64,000 nucleotides of DNA from Candidatus Eiseniibacteriota bacterium (GCA_016867495.1 VGJL01000005.1:720-64719); one strand, 5' to 3'; positions 48,731 through 59,217 are shown, counted from the first letter of the stretch. Notes: generated by a model not told the origin, from the letters alone. Program-made: numbers and translations.

Positions 48731-51064
48731 ATGGGCAGGTCGGATCGGATGATCGAGTCTCCGCGTCGCAGGGGATCCGGGGGAGCCAGGATGCTGGCTG
48801 GCCTCTTCATGGCCGGGGGGCTGCTGGCGATGGCGGTCGATGCGGCCGCCCTGGGTCCGTTCCAGCAGATCGTCGTCGAGGGGAACCGGACCGCCGACAC
48901 CAAGCTGGTCCTCAGAACGCTCAATGTCCCTCTCGGCGAGCCGGTCTCGCGCCGCCGCCTTCAGGCGGGGGCTCGGGCTCTCCACAATCTCGGGGTCTTC
49001 TCGGACATCTCCTTCGTCAGCTCCGCGCAACCGGACTCCGCCGCCTGTCTCATCGTGCGGCTGGCCGAGAATCCGAGACTCACGGCGGTCGACTTCCTGG
49101 GCAATGAGAAGATCGGCACCGAGGATCTCAAGGGGAAGATCCTGATCCGCAGCGGACAGATCTTGAGCCGGCCGAGGCTCTGGGAGAGCTGCCGCGCGGT
49201 GGAGCGCGCCTATGTCGATGAGGGATACGCCAAGGCGCTCTGCCTGCCGGCTGTCGACGCCTCGGTTCCGGGAGAGGCCGCCGTCACGCTGCAACTGGAG
49301 GAGGGGCCCAGGGTCAAGATCTCGCGCGTCGAGGTCGCCGGAAACGCGGCCTTCAGCGACAAGACGCTCCGCGGAAAACTGAGCCTCAAGAAGAACAGCC
49401 TGTTTCGGCGCAAGCGATACACGGCGGATCGGGTGCAGGAGGACCGCCAGAAGCTCGAGGACTTCTATCGGAATCACGGCTACAGGGACGCGGTGGTGAC
49501 GCTGGAGGAAACGGAGTTCCTCGAGGAAGGGCGCGCCGCCGTTCTGAGCTATGTCGTCGCGGAAGGCCGCCCCTATGTGTTCGGTCCGCGGACGTGGCGC
49601 GGCAACGAATCCGTCGCGACCACGGCCCTCGAACAGGCGGCGAAGTTCGTGCCCGGAGATCCCTTCAGCCAGGAGAAGCTCGAGCAGACCACGGGCGAGG
49701 CGTATGCCCTCTACACCGACCGGGGCTACCTCTTGGAAATCTCGATCATCCCCGAGACGAGCCTGTCCGGGGACACCGTCAGGGTGGAGTACGAGGTCAC
49801 GGAGGGGCGGCAGTCGCACGTGCGCGAGATCGCCATCCGCGGCAACCGCAGCACCAAGGAAAGGGTGATCCGGCGGGAAGTGCTTCTCTACCCCGGAGAC
49901 CTGCTGCGCCGCTCCGCCCTCTTGAGGGCCCAGCGTGACATCTTCGCCCTCGGTTTCTTCGAGGATGTCCAGATGGACTACGAGCCGACGGGCGAGGGGA
50001 CCGACGTCGATCTCACCTTCCGCGTGAAGGAGAGGAGTTCCGGTCAGGCCGGCGGGGGCATCGGCTACTCGGGAGAGACCGGGCTGACGGGAACCCTCGA
50101 GCTGCGGCATCCGAACATCTTCGGCACCGGGCAGAGCGTTTCCCTCTTCCTCGAGCGAGGCGGCAAGAGGGAGAACTACGAGATCTCGTACCAGAACCCG
50201 TGGATGCTCGGGACGCCGATCTCATTCGGGTTCGATGTATTCAACACGCGCCGTGAGCGGGACCTTTACACGGAGACGCGACGCGGCGGAGGAGTCAGCC
50301 TGGGGCGCGTCTGGCCGTATCGCTTCCCCGACTACACTCGTGTCTATGTGGGCTACAACCTGGAAGACTTCGAGTTCAGCAACTTCGACAGGAGCCTCGA
50401 GGAGACGGAGTCCAGCACCGACGGCGTGCCGATCGCAGAGAGGCTGCGCGAGAGCGCGGGCGTGATCAGCAGCACCTATCTGCTCGTGTCGCGGAACTCG
50501 ACCGACAACCCCTTCTATCCGACCTTCGGGGCGAAGACCCTGGCGCGCTTCGAGCTCGCCGGCGGAGCTCTGGGCGGGCAGCAGCACTACATAAAGCCCA
50601 CTCTGGACCATCGGATCTACTTCCGCCCCTTCTGGAAGCCGGTCCTCATGCTCAGGTGGCGCCTTGGGTGGCTCGCCCCGCTCTCGGGAAAGGACGCCGT
50701 CCCGAGCACGGAGACCTTCCGACTCGGCGGCACGAGGGTCTTCGAGAGCCTCCGGGGCTACGACGATTATGACATCGTCCCCGCGGAGAACGCGGCCGTA
50801 CGCTTCCCCGGCGGGCGGTCCATGTTCGCATTCACGTCGGAGGTGCAGTTCCCGATCGTCCACCCGCTGCACGGCCTCTTCTTCTTCGAGGCGGGGGACA
50901 CCTGGCGTCATCGCTCGGAGATAGGCCTCACTGGGCTGAGGGCCGCCTTCGGCCCCGGTCTGCGCTTCGAGATCCCGATGCTGGGCCCCATCGGGCTGGA
51001 CTACGCCTACGGAACCGCCGCCCGGGATTGGCGGTTCCACTTCATCATCGGAACCTCGCTCTGA
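48731..51064 (+). CDS. bamA: Outer membrane protein assembly factor BamA (POTRA repeats plus Omp85 barrel)
   Basis: Signal peptide, POTRA-like repeats, C-terminal beta-barrel ending in an aromatic residue (...FHFIIGTSL). The true start may be the internal Met at about 48791 (MLAGLFMAGGLLAMA). Confidence 0.9.
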   Translation: MGRSDRMIESPRRRGSGGARMLAGLFMAGGLLAMAVDAAALGPFQQIVVEGNRTADTKLVLRTLNVPLGEPVSRRRLQAGARALHNLGVFSDISFVSSAQPDSAACLIVRLAENPRLTAVDFLGNEKIGTEDLKGKILIRSGQILSRPRLWESCRAVERAYVDEGYAKALCLPAVDASVPGEAAVTLQLEEGPRVKISRVEVAGNAAFSDKTLRGKLSLKKNSLFRRKRYTADRVQEDRQKLEDFYRNHGYRDAVVTLEETEFLEEGRAAVLSYVVAEGRPYVFGPRTWRGNESVATTALEQAAKFVPGDPFSQEKLEQTTGEAYALYTDRGYLLEISIIPETSLSGDTVRVEYEVTEGRQSHVREIAIRGNRSTKERVIRREVLLYPGDLLRRSALLRAQRDIFALGFFEDVQMDYEPTGEGTDVDLTFRVKERSSGQAGGGIGYSGETGLTGTLELRHPNIFGTGQSVSLFLERGGKRENYEISYQNPWMLGTPISFGFDVFNTRRERDLYTETRRGGGVSLGRVWPYRFPDYTRVYVGYNLEDFEFSNFDRSLEETESSTDGVPIAERLRESAGVISSTYLLVSRNSTDNPFYPTFGAKTLARFELAGGALGGQQHYIKPTLDHRIYFRPFWKPVLMLRWRLGWLAPLSGKDAVPSTETFRLGGTRVFESLRGYDDYDIVPAENAAVRFPGGRSMFAFTSEVQFPIVHPLHGLFFFEAGDTWRHRSEIGLTGLRAAFGPGLRFEIPMLGPIGLDYAYGTAARDWRFHFIIGTSL

Positions 51065-51143
51065 CCGCTTTTCCCTATCGTCAGACGCGCGCGGATCGGC
51101 TACCATCCGGGACCGGAGTTGGCGGCCCGGGGAGGGGGTGCTC

Positions 51144-51686
51144 ATGAGACGCATTTGGGTGCGACGGGCGTTCGAAACCGCTCTCATCATATTCGGTTTG
51201 GCGGTTTGCCCCCACCTGTCGGCGGGGCAGGAGATCAAGATCGGCTTCATCCGCTCCGCGACGATTCTCGACCAGTACGAAGGGGCGCGCGCGGTCACGC
51301 AGACGTTCAATCAGGACGTCACCGCCTGGAATCAGGAGGCGCAGCAGCGCCGGAAGGATCTCGATCTCCTCGGCAAGGAGCTCGAGTCGCAGTCGCCCAT
51401 GCTGACCGACCAGGTGCGGCGGGACAAGGAGGCGGACTACCAGCGCAAGCTCGCCGAGTATGACCAGTATGTCCAGGGGATCTGGGGCCCCGGCGGGCTC
51501 GTCGCGCAGCGAAACGAGGAGCTTCTCCGCGGCCTTGTCGACAAGATCCAGCGGGTGGCGCGGAAGATCGCCGACGAGGAAGAGTACGACTTTGTTTTCG
51601 ATGCCTCGGGGGGCAACATCATCTATGCTGACAGGGCGCACGATCTCACCCAGAAGGTGATCGAGGGCCTCAACCAACCCGAGTGA
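51144..51686 (+). CDS. skp: Periplasmic chaperone Skp/OmpH
   Basis: Signal peptide, then coiled-coil-rich ~160 aa ([50 protein letters not shown]). Located between bamA and lpxD, as in many diderms. Confidence 0.8.
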   Translation: MRRIWVRRAFETALIIFGLAVCPHLSAGQEIKIGFIRSATILDQYEGARAVTQTFNQDVTAWNQEAQQRRKDLDLLGKELESQSPMLTDQVRRDKEADYQRKLAEYDQYVQGIWGPGGLVAQRNEELLRGLVDKIQRVARKIADEEEYDFVFDASGGNIIYADRAHDLTQKVIEGLNQPE

Positions 51687-51714
51687 TGCGCGCTTCTGGA
51701 AGTCGACGGAGGGA

Positions 51715-52773
51715 TTGAGGCGGATGCGGATGCTGCTCAGCGAGCTGGCGGGGAGGCTGGGAGCGCTGCTCGAGGGAAACGGCGACGTCGAGATCAGCGG
51801 GGTTGCCGGCATACGGGAAGCCCGCGCCGGGCAGATCACGTTCCTTGCCAACCCGAAGTACGACTCCTTTCTCGCGACCACGGAGGCCTCCGCCGTGATC
51901 ATGCAAGCGCCGCGGCCCAACTGCCCCATCCCGGCGCTCATCGCGCCGAATCCCCAGCTCGCCTTCCTGACCGTTCTGAACATCTTCGCCGCGCAGAGAG
52001 GCCCGGTTGCTCCGGGAGTCCATCCGACGGCCGTGATCGGCGAGCGGGTCCGCATGGGCGCGGCAGCCTCGATAGGCCCCCACGTGGTCATCTGCGATGA
52101 TGTCGTCCTCGGCGATCGGGTCGCCGTCCTCGCGGGCTGCTACCTCGGCGGCGGCGTTCGGATCGGAGACGACGCTTTCATCTATCCGAACGTCGTCATA
52201 AGGGAAGGGACCGTGCTCGGGCAGCGGGTGATCGTTCACAGCGGCGCCATCCTCGGGAGCGATGGATTCGGATTCGCGCGCGACGGCGGGAAGATCCGCA
52301 AGATCCCGCAGATCGGCAACGTGGAGATCGGATCGGACGTCGAGATCGGAGCCAACACGACGATCGATCGGGCGACGACGGGAACGACGAGGATAGGATC
52401 TGGCACCAAGATCGACAATCTGGTCATGATCGCCCACAACGTGCAGGTGGGGGAGAACAGCCTCCTGTGCGCGCAGGTGGGGATCTCGGGAAGCACCATC
52501 CTGGGCAGCGATGTGACTCTCGCGGGGCAGGTCGGCGTTGTGGGGCACATCGAGCTGGGAGACGGAGTCCAGGTCGGAGCGCAGGGGGGAGTGACGAAGT
52601 CCGTCCCCTCCGGCCGTAGCGTCTCCGGCTATCCCGCGCTGCCGCACGAGCAGGCCCGGAGGGTCTACGCGTCGATGCGCCACCTGCCGGAGATGCTCAG
52701 AACGATCAGGGATCTCTGCCGGAGACTCGAGGAACTCGAGCGTCGGCCGGCGAAGCCCGAGGAGAACGCCTGA
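51715..52773 (+). CDS. lpxD: UDP-3-O-(3-hydroxyacyl)glucosamine N-acyltransferase
   Basis: N-terminal LpxD-specific domain followed by a left-handed beta-helix of hexapeptide repeats. Confidence 0.9.
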   Translation: MRRMRMLLSELAGRLGALLEGNGDVEISGVAGIREARAGQITFLANPKYDSFLATTEASAVIMQAPRPNCPIPALIAPNPQLAFLTVLNIFAAQRGPVAPGVHPTAVIGERVRMGAAASIGPHVVICDDVVLGDRVAVLAGCYLGGGVRIGDDAFIYPNVVIREGTVLGQRVIVHSGAILGSDGFGFARDGGKIRKIPQIGNVEIGSDVEIGANTTIDRATTGTTRIGSGTKIDNLVMIAHNVQVGENSLLCAQVGISGSTILGSDVTLAGQVGVVGHIELGDGVQVGAQGGVTKSVPSGRSVSGYPALPHEQARRVYASMRHLPEMLRTIRDLCRRLEELERRPAKPEENA

Positions 52774-52774
52774 C

Positions 52775-54085
52775 ATGCCTCAGCAGAGAACTCTGGCCGG
52801 CCCCGCCACGATCCGCGGCATCGGTCTCCACACGGGTATCGAGACACAGCTCACGCTGAAGCCGGCCGAGGCGGACACCGGAGTCCGTTTCGTCCGCGTC
52901 GACATCTCAGGTCGGCCCGAGGTCCGCGTCTGTCCTGAGAACGCCGGGAATCTCGCCTCGGCGATGCGCCGGACGGTCCTCCGGGCGGGTTCGACCGAAG
53001 TCCATACCGTTGAGCATGTGCTGGCCTCCTTGGCCGGGCTTTCGATCGACAATGCCGTCCTCGAAATCGACGGCCCCGAGGCCCCCGAGCCGATTGACGG
53101 CAGCGCGCGCCCGATCGTCGAGGCCATCCTGGCGGCGGGAATCGCGGAGCAGAAGGCCGAGCGCCGCCCGCTGAAGCTGGCGGAACCGATCGCGCACTCG
53201 GAACGGGGCGCGCAGATCATCGGCCTTCCCCACGACGGATTCCGGATCTCCTTCACGATCCACTATGACAGCGCCCTCGTCGGCACCCAGCACGCGAGCT
53301 ATGAGATCACTCCGGAGACCTTCGCGAAGGAGATCGCGCCCGCAAGGACCTTTGTCCTCTTCCGCGACGTCCAGGCCCTTCGGGACGCGGGAATGATCAA
53401 GGGTGGATCGACCCGCAACGCGGTCGTGGTGCATGACGATCGCATTGAGTCGGACGAGCCCCTCCGCTACCAAGACGAGTTCGTGCGCCACAAGATCCTC
53501 GACTTGATCGGCGATCTCTCGCTGCTGGGCCGCCCGATCGAGGGGCATGTGCTTTCGCTCCGCAGCGGCCATGACTCGAACGTGCAGTTCGTGAAGAAGA
53601 TCTGCGCCGCGCAGACCCAGGCCTCGCCGTACGAGAAGCTGGCGGATCTCGTCCACTTCGACATCCAGGCGATCGAGCGGATCATGCCGCATCGCTACCC
53701 CATGCTCCTCGTGGACCGGATCCTGTTGATCGAGGAAGGGCGGAGGGTGGTCGGACTGAAGAACGTGACGATCAACGAACCCTTCTTCGCCGGCCACTTT
53801 CCCGGCCATCCGATCATGCCGGCCGTTCTCATCATCGAGGCCATGGCCCAGGTGGGTGGGGTCCTGTTGTTGCACACGGTGGATGAGCCTGACGACAAGC
53901 TGGTCTACTTCATGGGAATCGACAAGGCGAAGTTCCGCAGGCCTGTCCTTCCCGGGGATCAACTCATCTTCGATCTCGAGATGGCGAAGATGAAGAGCCG
54001 GATCTGCAAGATGGCGGGACGCTGCTTCTGTCGCGGCCAGCTCGTGGCCGAGGCCGATCTGCTCTCGATGATCGTCGACCGGTAG
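52775..54085 (+). CDS. lpxC: Bifunctional UDP-3-O-acyl-N-acetylglucosamine deacetylase / 3-hydroxyacyl-ACP dehydratase (LpxC-FabZ fusion)
   Basis: N-terminal LpxC (TLAGPATIRGIGLHTGIETQLTLKPAEADTGVRFVR...). C-terminal FabZ hot-dog (HRYPMLLVDRILLIEEGRRVVGLKNVTINEPFFAGHFPGHPIMPAVLIIEAMAQ) in one 436-aa ORF. Confidence 0.85.
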   Translation: MPQQRTLAGPATIRGIGLHTGIETQLTLKPAEADTGVRFVRVDISGRPEVRVCPENAGNLASAMRRTVLRAGSTEVHTVEHVLASLAGLSIDNAVLEIDGPEAPEPIDGSARPIVEAILAAGIAEQKAERRPLKLAEPIAHSERGAQIIGLPHDGFRISFTIHYDSALVGTQHASYEITPETFAKEIAPARTFVLFRDVQALRDAGMIKGGSTRNAVVVHDDRIESDEPLRYQDEFVRHKILDLIGDLSLLGRPIEGHVLSLRSGHDSNVQFVKKICAAQTQASPYEKLADLVHFDIQAIERIMPHRYPMLLVDRILLIEEGRRVVGLKNVTINEPFFAGHFPGHPIMPAVLIIEAMAQVGGVLLLHTVDEPDDKLVYFMGIDKAKFRRPVLPGDQLIFDLEMAKMKSRICKMAGRCFCRGQLVAEADLLSMIVDR

Positions 54086-54103
54086 GGTGGCGGGGGTTAC
54101 TCC

Positions 54104-54877
54104 ATGCCGAAGATCGATCCCTCGGCTCGCGTCTCACTGCACGCCGAGCTTGCCGATGACGTCCGCGTCGGACCCTGGTGCATCGTGGGCAGGAAGGTCC
54201 GGCTCGCGTCCGGGTGCGTGCTCGACTCGAACGTCCTGATCGACGGAGACACCCATGTGGGGCCGAACTGCCGCTTCCATCACGGGGCGGCGATCGGTAC
54301 CGCCCCGCAGGATCTGAAGTACCGCGGCGCGCCCTCCTCCCTCATCATCGGGAGCGGGAATGTCTTCCGCGAGTGCAGCACGGTCAATCGCGCGACGGGG
54401 GCGGGGGAGGCGACGCGGATCGGTGACAGCAATCTGATCATGTCCTACGCCCACATCGCCCACAACTGCGTGATCGGCAGCCACGTGATCCTGGCCAACT
54501 CGGCCAATGTAGCCGGGCATGTCGAGATGGGCGACTATGCGATCGTCGGCGGGGTGACGCCGGTCCACCAGTTCGTGAAGATCGGAGCCCACTCGATCAT
54601 TGGGGGCGGTTGCAGGGTTCCCAAGGACGTCGTGCCCTACGTGAGGGCGGCGGGAGAGCCTCTGCGCGTCAACGGACTGAACTCGATCGGTCTACAGCGG
54701 CGCGGATTCGGAGATGACCTGCGCTCCGAACTCAAGAAGGCATACAGGATCTTCTTCCGCAAGAACCTCCTCGTTGCCGATGCCCTTGCCCGCATCCGCA
54801 GCGAGTGCAAACCGTATCCGGAGGTGGAGTACTTCTGCAGTTTCGTGGAGCGCTCTGAGCGCGGGATCACCCGTTGA
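54104..54877 (+). CDS. lpxA: Acyl-ACP--UDP-N-acetylglucosamine O-acyltransferase
   Basis: Hexapeptide-repeat beta-helix with an LpxA-like C-terminal helical domain. MPKIDPSARV... Confidence 0.9.
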   Translation: MPKIDPSARVSLHAELADDVRVGPWCIVGRKVRLASGCVLDSNVLIDGDTHVGPNCRFHHGAAIGTAPQDLKYRGAPSSLIIGSGNVFRECSTVNRATGAGEATRIGDSNLIMSYAHIAHNCVIGSHVILANSANVAGHVEMGDYAIVGGVTPVHQFVKIGAHSIIGGGCRVPKDVVPYVRAAGEPLRVNGLNSIGLQRRGFGDDLRSELKKAYRIFFRKNLLVADALARIRSECKPYPEVEYFCSFVERSERGITR

Positions 54878-55929
54878 CGGTGCGCGAAGTGGAACCACTC
54901 CCCGTCGCGATCGTCGGTTGCGGTCATCTCGGGACCTATCACGCGCGCGTCTACGCGCGGACGCCCGGTTGCCGGGTCGTTGCCGTCGTCGACAGCGATC
55001 CGCACAAGGCGCAAAAGCTCGCGGCCGAGTTGAGCTGCGACGCCCTGCAGACGATCGACTCCCTGCCTGGCAGGGTCGCGGCCGCGAGCATCGCGACGCC
55101 GACGACGACCCACGAGGAAGTCGCCCTCCCGCTTCTGGCGGGAGGCGTTGACCTCCTCATCGAGAAACCGCTGGCGGCGGATTCCGCCGCCGGCGCGCGC
55201 GTCGTCGCCGCCGCGCGCAAGGCGGGCCGGACGCTCGCCGTGGGGCAGATCGAGCGATGCAACCCGGCCTTCCTCGTCGCTCGGCGAGAGCTCAGGACCC
55301 CGCAGTTCATCGAATCCCACAGGCTGGCGACCTTCGTGCCCCGGAGCCTCGATGTCGACGTGATCCTCGATCTCATGATCCACGATCTGGACCTCGTCCT
55401 CTCACTCGTCCAGTCCCCCGTGGAAGCGATCGACGCGGTGGGAGTTTCCGTGATCACGGATGGAGCGGACATCGCGAACGCGCGCCTGCGGTTCGCGGAC
55501 GGCCGCGTCGCGAACTTGACGGCGAGCCGCGTCTCGAGACAGCGGATGCGCAAGATCCGCTTCTTCGAGCGCTCGCGCTACGTCTCCATCGACCTGAACG
55601 CTCGCAAGGTGGACGTCATCCGCCTCTCTCGGGCGAGCGGCTTCGCCCCGCCGGGGGAGCCGGGGCATGGGACAGGCGCCCAGGCGCCGCTGCCGCCGGA
55701 GGCTGCGATGCTCGCGGCGAAGGGGCTCGCCTTGAGCCACGAGACGATCGACGTGAGCGAGGGCGACGCCCTCGAGAACGAGATCGAGGCCTTTCTGGCG
55801 GGCTGCCGAGGCCTCGGCCCCGTCGCGGTAGACGGGGAGGCGGGGTTGAAGAGCCTCGACCTCGCGCTGCAGGTGCGCGCCGCCGTCGCGCGCAGCGTGG
55901 AGCGACTGGGAGATCTCGACTCGCGATGA
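54874..55929 (+). CDS. Gfo/Idh/MocA-family NAD(P)-dependent oxidoreductase embedded between lpxA and lpxB
   Basis: N-terminal Rossmann motif VAIVGCGHLGTYHARVY. Family-typical EKPLA motif. TTG/GTG start overlapping the lpxA stop. Confidence 0.7.
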   Translation: MTVREVEPLPVAIVGCGHLGTYHARVYARTPGCRVVAVVDSDPHKAQKLAAELSCDALQTIDSLPGRVAAASIATPTTTHEEVALPLLAGGVDLLIEKPLAADSAAGARVVAAARKAGRTLAVGQIERCNPAFLVARRELRTPQFIESHRLATFVPRSLDVDVILDLMIHDLDLVLSLVQSPVEAIDAVGVSVITDGADIANARLRFADGRVANLTASRVSRQRMRKIRFFERSRYVSIDLNARKVDVIRLSRASGFAPPGEPGHGTGAQAPLPPEAAMLAAKGLALSHETIDVSEGDALENEIEAFLAGCRGLGPVAVDGEAGLKSLDLALQVRAAVARSVERLGDLDSR

Positions 55930-57053
55930 CGCGCCTCTTGCTCGTCGCGGGCGAGGCCTCCGGAGACCTGCACGGCGGCCTGCTCGCGCGGGCGCTGCGG
56001 GAGCGGATGCCGACGGTGGAGCTCTACGGGCTCGGCGGATCCGAGATGGAGCGGGCGGGCGTGCGCCTGATCGCGCGAAGCGACGAGATGGGCGTCACGG
56101 GCCTCGCGGAGGTTGTTCGGGAGCTGCCGCGCCTCAGGAAGCGTCTGGGCGAGATGGCCCGCTGGATCGAGACCGAGCGCCCCGACGCCTTCATTCCGAT
56201 CGACTACCCCGACTTCAACCTCCGGCTCGCCGCCCGCGCCAGGGAGGCGGGGATCCCGACCATCTATTACATCGCTCCCCAAGCGTGGGCGTGGCGGCGA
56301 GGCCGGATCCGCTCGATGCGCCGCCTCATCCGGAGGCTGGTCGTGATCTTCCCATTCGAGGAGGAGTTCTACCGGCGCGAGGGGATTGCGGTGACCTATG
56401 TCGGACACCCGCTCGTGGAACGAGTCCGCGCGGGGCGCTCTCGCGAGGAGATCCGGCAATCGCTTGGGGTGGGCACCGGCGAATGGCTTGTGGCGCTGCT
56501 GCCGGGCAGCCGCAGGAGCGAGATCGAGAGGATCCTGCCCGTCCTGTTGGCCACCAGGGAGAGGCTCCGCGGCGATGCCCGAATTCGGTGGGTTCTCGCA
56601 CTCGCCCCTGGTCTGGGAGAGAAAGCGATTGAGATCTCGCGAGGGGCCGGCGAGAGCGTGGCCGTCAGGCAGGGGCAGACCTACGACATCCTCGCGGCGG
56701 CCGATCTCGCCATCGTCGCCTCGGGGACGGCGACGCTCGAAGGAGCGATTCTCGGAACGCCGATGCTCGTCGTCTACCGCATGCACCCCCTGACATGGCT
56801 CCTCGCAAGCCGCCTCGTCCGCGTGCCTCATGTCGCGATGGCCAACTTGCTGGCTGGGGAGCGGGTCGTGCCCGAGTTCCTGCAGGGGCGGGCGGATCCC
56901 GTGGGGTTGTCGCGCGAGGTGGTCGATTGGCTCGAGGACCCGGAGCGCAGGCGCGCGACAAGCGAGAGGCTCCGGCTGGCCGCCTCCGGCCTGGGCGACG
57001 GAGGGGCGCCAAGCCGCGCGGCCGAGGCGATCCTGGCGGAGCTAGGCTCTTGA
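55926..57053 (+). CDS. lpxB: Lipid-A-disaccharide synthase
   Basis: MTRLLLVAGEASGDLHGGLLARAL... is a typical LpxB N-terminus. GT-B fold glycosyltransferase. Confidence 0.85.
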   Translation: MTRLLLVAGEASGDLHGGLLARALRERMPTVELYGLGGSEMERAGVRLIARSDEMGVTGLAEVVRELPRLRKRLGEMARWIETERPDAFIPIDYPDFNLRLAARAREAGIPTIYYIAPQAWAWRRGRIRSMRRLIRRLVVIFPFEEEFYRREGIAVTYVGHPLVERVRAGRSREEIRQSLGVGTGEWLVALLPGSRRSEIERILPVLLATRERLRGDARIRWVLALAPGLGEKAIEISRGAGESVAVRQGQTYDILAAADLAIVASGTATLEGAILGTPMLVVYRMHPLTWLLASRLVRVPHVAMANLLAGERVVPEFLQGRADPVGLSREVVDWLEDPERRRATSERLRLAASGLGDGGAPSRAAEAILAELGS

Positions 57054-57076
57054 GCCGGAAGCCCAACCCTTCGGCG

Positions 57077-57835
57077 ATGGAGAGCCGTCCGCAGGTGCCC
57101 GATGCGGACTCGACGCGCAGAGGCGGCCGGAGGCGGGATCGCCGCCCGCCGCCGCCGCGCGAGCTCCTCCCCACACTGAAGTACCGCCTGATTGGGCTGC
57201 TCGGAGCCGCCCTCGTCAGGATCTGGGGAGCCACCCTCCGGATCGAGTTCCTGAACGACGATCACCGGCGCGCCGCCGAGGATGCGGGCGAGCGTGTGGC
57301 CTACGCCTTCTGGCACGGGATCCTGCTGCCGCTGGCCTATACGCATCGAGGCCGCGGGATCGTCGTCCTGGTCAGCCGCCACGGCGACGGGGAGATCATC
57401 AGCCAGATCGTCTGCCGCCTCGGCTACGGCGTCGTCCGCGGCAGTTCGACCCGGGGCGGAGCGAGGGCCATGGTCGAGATGGCGCGCGCCGCCCGCGCCG
57501 GGCATCCCCTCGCGGTGACGCCGGACGGCCCAAGGGGACCGAGACGCGAGCTGCAGCCGGGGCTCCTCCACATTGCGCATCGCGGCGGCGTCCCGATCGT
57601 GCCGGTGGCGCTCGAGGCCCTGCGCAGAACCGAGCTCTCCTCGTGGGACCGATTCCTGATCCCGCATCCGTTCTCGCGGGTTGCGATCGCGACCGGGCCG
57701 AAGATCACGATTCCCGCCGGGGTGTCCGCGCAGGATCTGGAGTCGGAGTGGGCCCCGCGGGTCGCCGCGGCGCTCCGGGCCGTCTGCGAAGCCGCGGCCG
57801 CATGGCGCGCGGCCCACGGGAAGGCGTCGTGCTGA
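57077..57835 (+). CDS. DUF374-like lysophospholipid-acyltransferase-family protein commonly found next to waaA
   Basis: WHGILLPLAY...VSRHGDGEIIS...GHPLAVTPDGPRGP pattern. Assigned by recollection of the DUF374 family. Confidence 0.55.
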   Translation: MESRPQVPDADSTRRGGRRRDRRPPPPRELLPTLKYRLIGLLGAALVRIWGATLRIEFLNDDHRRAAEDAGERVAYAFWHGILLPLAYTHRGRGIVVLVSRHGDGEIISQIVCRLGYGVVRGSSTRGGARAMVEMARAARAGHPLAVTPDGPRGPRRELQPGLLHIAHRGGVPIVPVALEALRRTELSSWDRFLIPHPFSRVAIATGPKITIPAGVSAQDLESEWAPRVAAALRAVCEAAAAWRAAHGKASC

Positions 57836-59217
57836 TCGCTTTCATCGTCTACCAGGCCATCGCCGCGCTCGGCGCCCTGATCGGCATCCTCTACCTTGCG
57901 ATCAGGCGGCCGGGAGAGATCGGGGAGCGCCTGGGACTCGGCCCGCGGCGGGCCCGGGGAGGGGTCTGGATCCACGCGGCAAGTCTGGGCGAGTTCGAGG
58001 CCGCTCTTCCTCTCCTCGGCCCGCAGGGGCTTGCGAGCGAACCGGATGGCATCCTCCTCTCCTGCACCAACGCGACGGCGAGGGAGAGAATCCGCGCGAG
58101 ACTCCCCGCCGGCGCGCGCGTGCGTCTGGCGCCGATCGACTTGCTCCCGTGCGTTGCCGGCGCCCTCGCGCGCGAGCGCCCGCGTCTGCTCCTCTTCCTG
58201 GAAACCGAGATCTGGCCCGCGTGGATTCTCGCCGCCGCGAAGCGCGGGATTCCAATGGCGCTGGCGAGCGGTCGCCTGTCCGACCGGAGTCTTCCGCGCT
58301 ACCGGCTCCTCCGAGGCGCGCTGAGGCCGGTCCTGTCTCGCTTCAAGGTCATCGGATGCCGCACGGAGGAGGACCGGCGCCGCTGGATCGCCATCGGCGC
58401 CCCGCCCGATCGTTGCCGCGTGTGGGGCAACACGAAGTACGCGTTGGGGACCGCGCCATCGCGGCCGCGACGTGGCGCGCGAGCGGCCCGGGAGAGGCGC
58501 CTTCTGGTCGGGGGCTCGCTCCGCCGGGGGGAAGAGTCGATTCTGGATCTCCTGGACGGGGGTCGCGAGCGACGCTGGCGACTCCTCCTGGCTCCGCGCC
58601 ACTTGTCGAGCCTGGATCGCTGGGAAGACTGCCTGCTGCGCCGCGGCGTGCCCGCGGCCCGTCTCTCGCTCGCGGGGATCGATCCGGCTGGGTCTCCGGA
58701 GGGGGCTCAAGCGCTCCTGCGCCGCGACGACCGATTGCCGCCGGTCCTCCTCCTCGATCGCATGGGGCTCTTGCAGCCGTCCTATCGGATCGCCGACGCG
58801 GCCTTCGTAGGGGGAACGTGGGTTCCAATTGGAGGGCACAACCTCTTCGAAGCCGCGCGTGAGGGGATTCCGGTCTTCTTCGGACCCTCCACGGCCGGCG
58901 TACGCGACGCCGCCGAGGCGCTGACGGCAACCGGCGGGGGGAGGTGCGTGGAAGGTCCGCACGAACTTGCCGCGGCCCTCGACGCTCTCGATCGCGATCC
59001 CGGGGGATTCGACTCGATGGGGGAGGCGGCGCTGCGCGCCGCGGTCTCGCTTTGCGGAGGGGCTGAGAGAACGCTTCGTGGGCTCGCGGCCGCGGGGCTG
59101 CTCACTTCCAGCGCGAGCGCCACACCAGGGGATCTGGGAGAAGCTCCCTCGAGCATGGCGGACGAGGGGAGATCGCGGATGGCTGAGAGATCTCGCCGCG
59201 AGAGGGGGCGCCCGTGA
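57802..59217 (+). CDS. waaA: 3-deoxy-D-manno-octulosonic acid (Kdo) transferase
   Basis: N-terminal TM helix. WIHAASLGEFEAALPLL motif typical of KdtA/WaaA. C-terminal GT-B domain. Start ambiguous (ATG 57802 or GTG 57829). Confidence 0.8.
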   Translation: MARGPREGVVLIAFIVYQAIAALGALIGILYLAIRRPGEIGERLGLGPRRARGGVWIHAASLGEFEAALPLLGPQGLASEPDGILLSCTNATARERIRARLPAGARVRLAPIDLLPCVAGALARERPRLLLFLETEIWPAWILAAAKRGIPMALASGRLSDRSLPRYRLLRGALRPVLSRFKVIGCRTEEDRRRWIAIGAPPDRCRVWGNTKYALGTAPSRPRRGARAARERRLLVGGSLRRGEESILDLLDGGRERRWRLLLAPRHLSSLDRWEDCLLRRGVPAARLSLAGIDPAGSPEGAQALLRRDDRLPPVLLLDRMGLLQPSYRIADAAFVGGTWVPIGGHNLFEAAREGIPVFFGPSTAGVRDAAEALTATGGGRCVEGPHELAAALDALDRDPGGFDSMGEAALRAAVSLCGGAERTLRGLAAAGLLTSSASATPGDLGEAPSSMADEGRSRMAERSRRERGRP

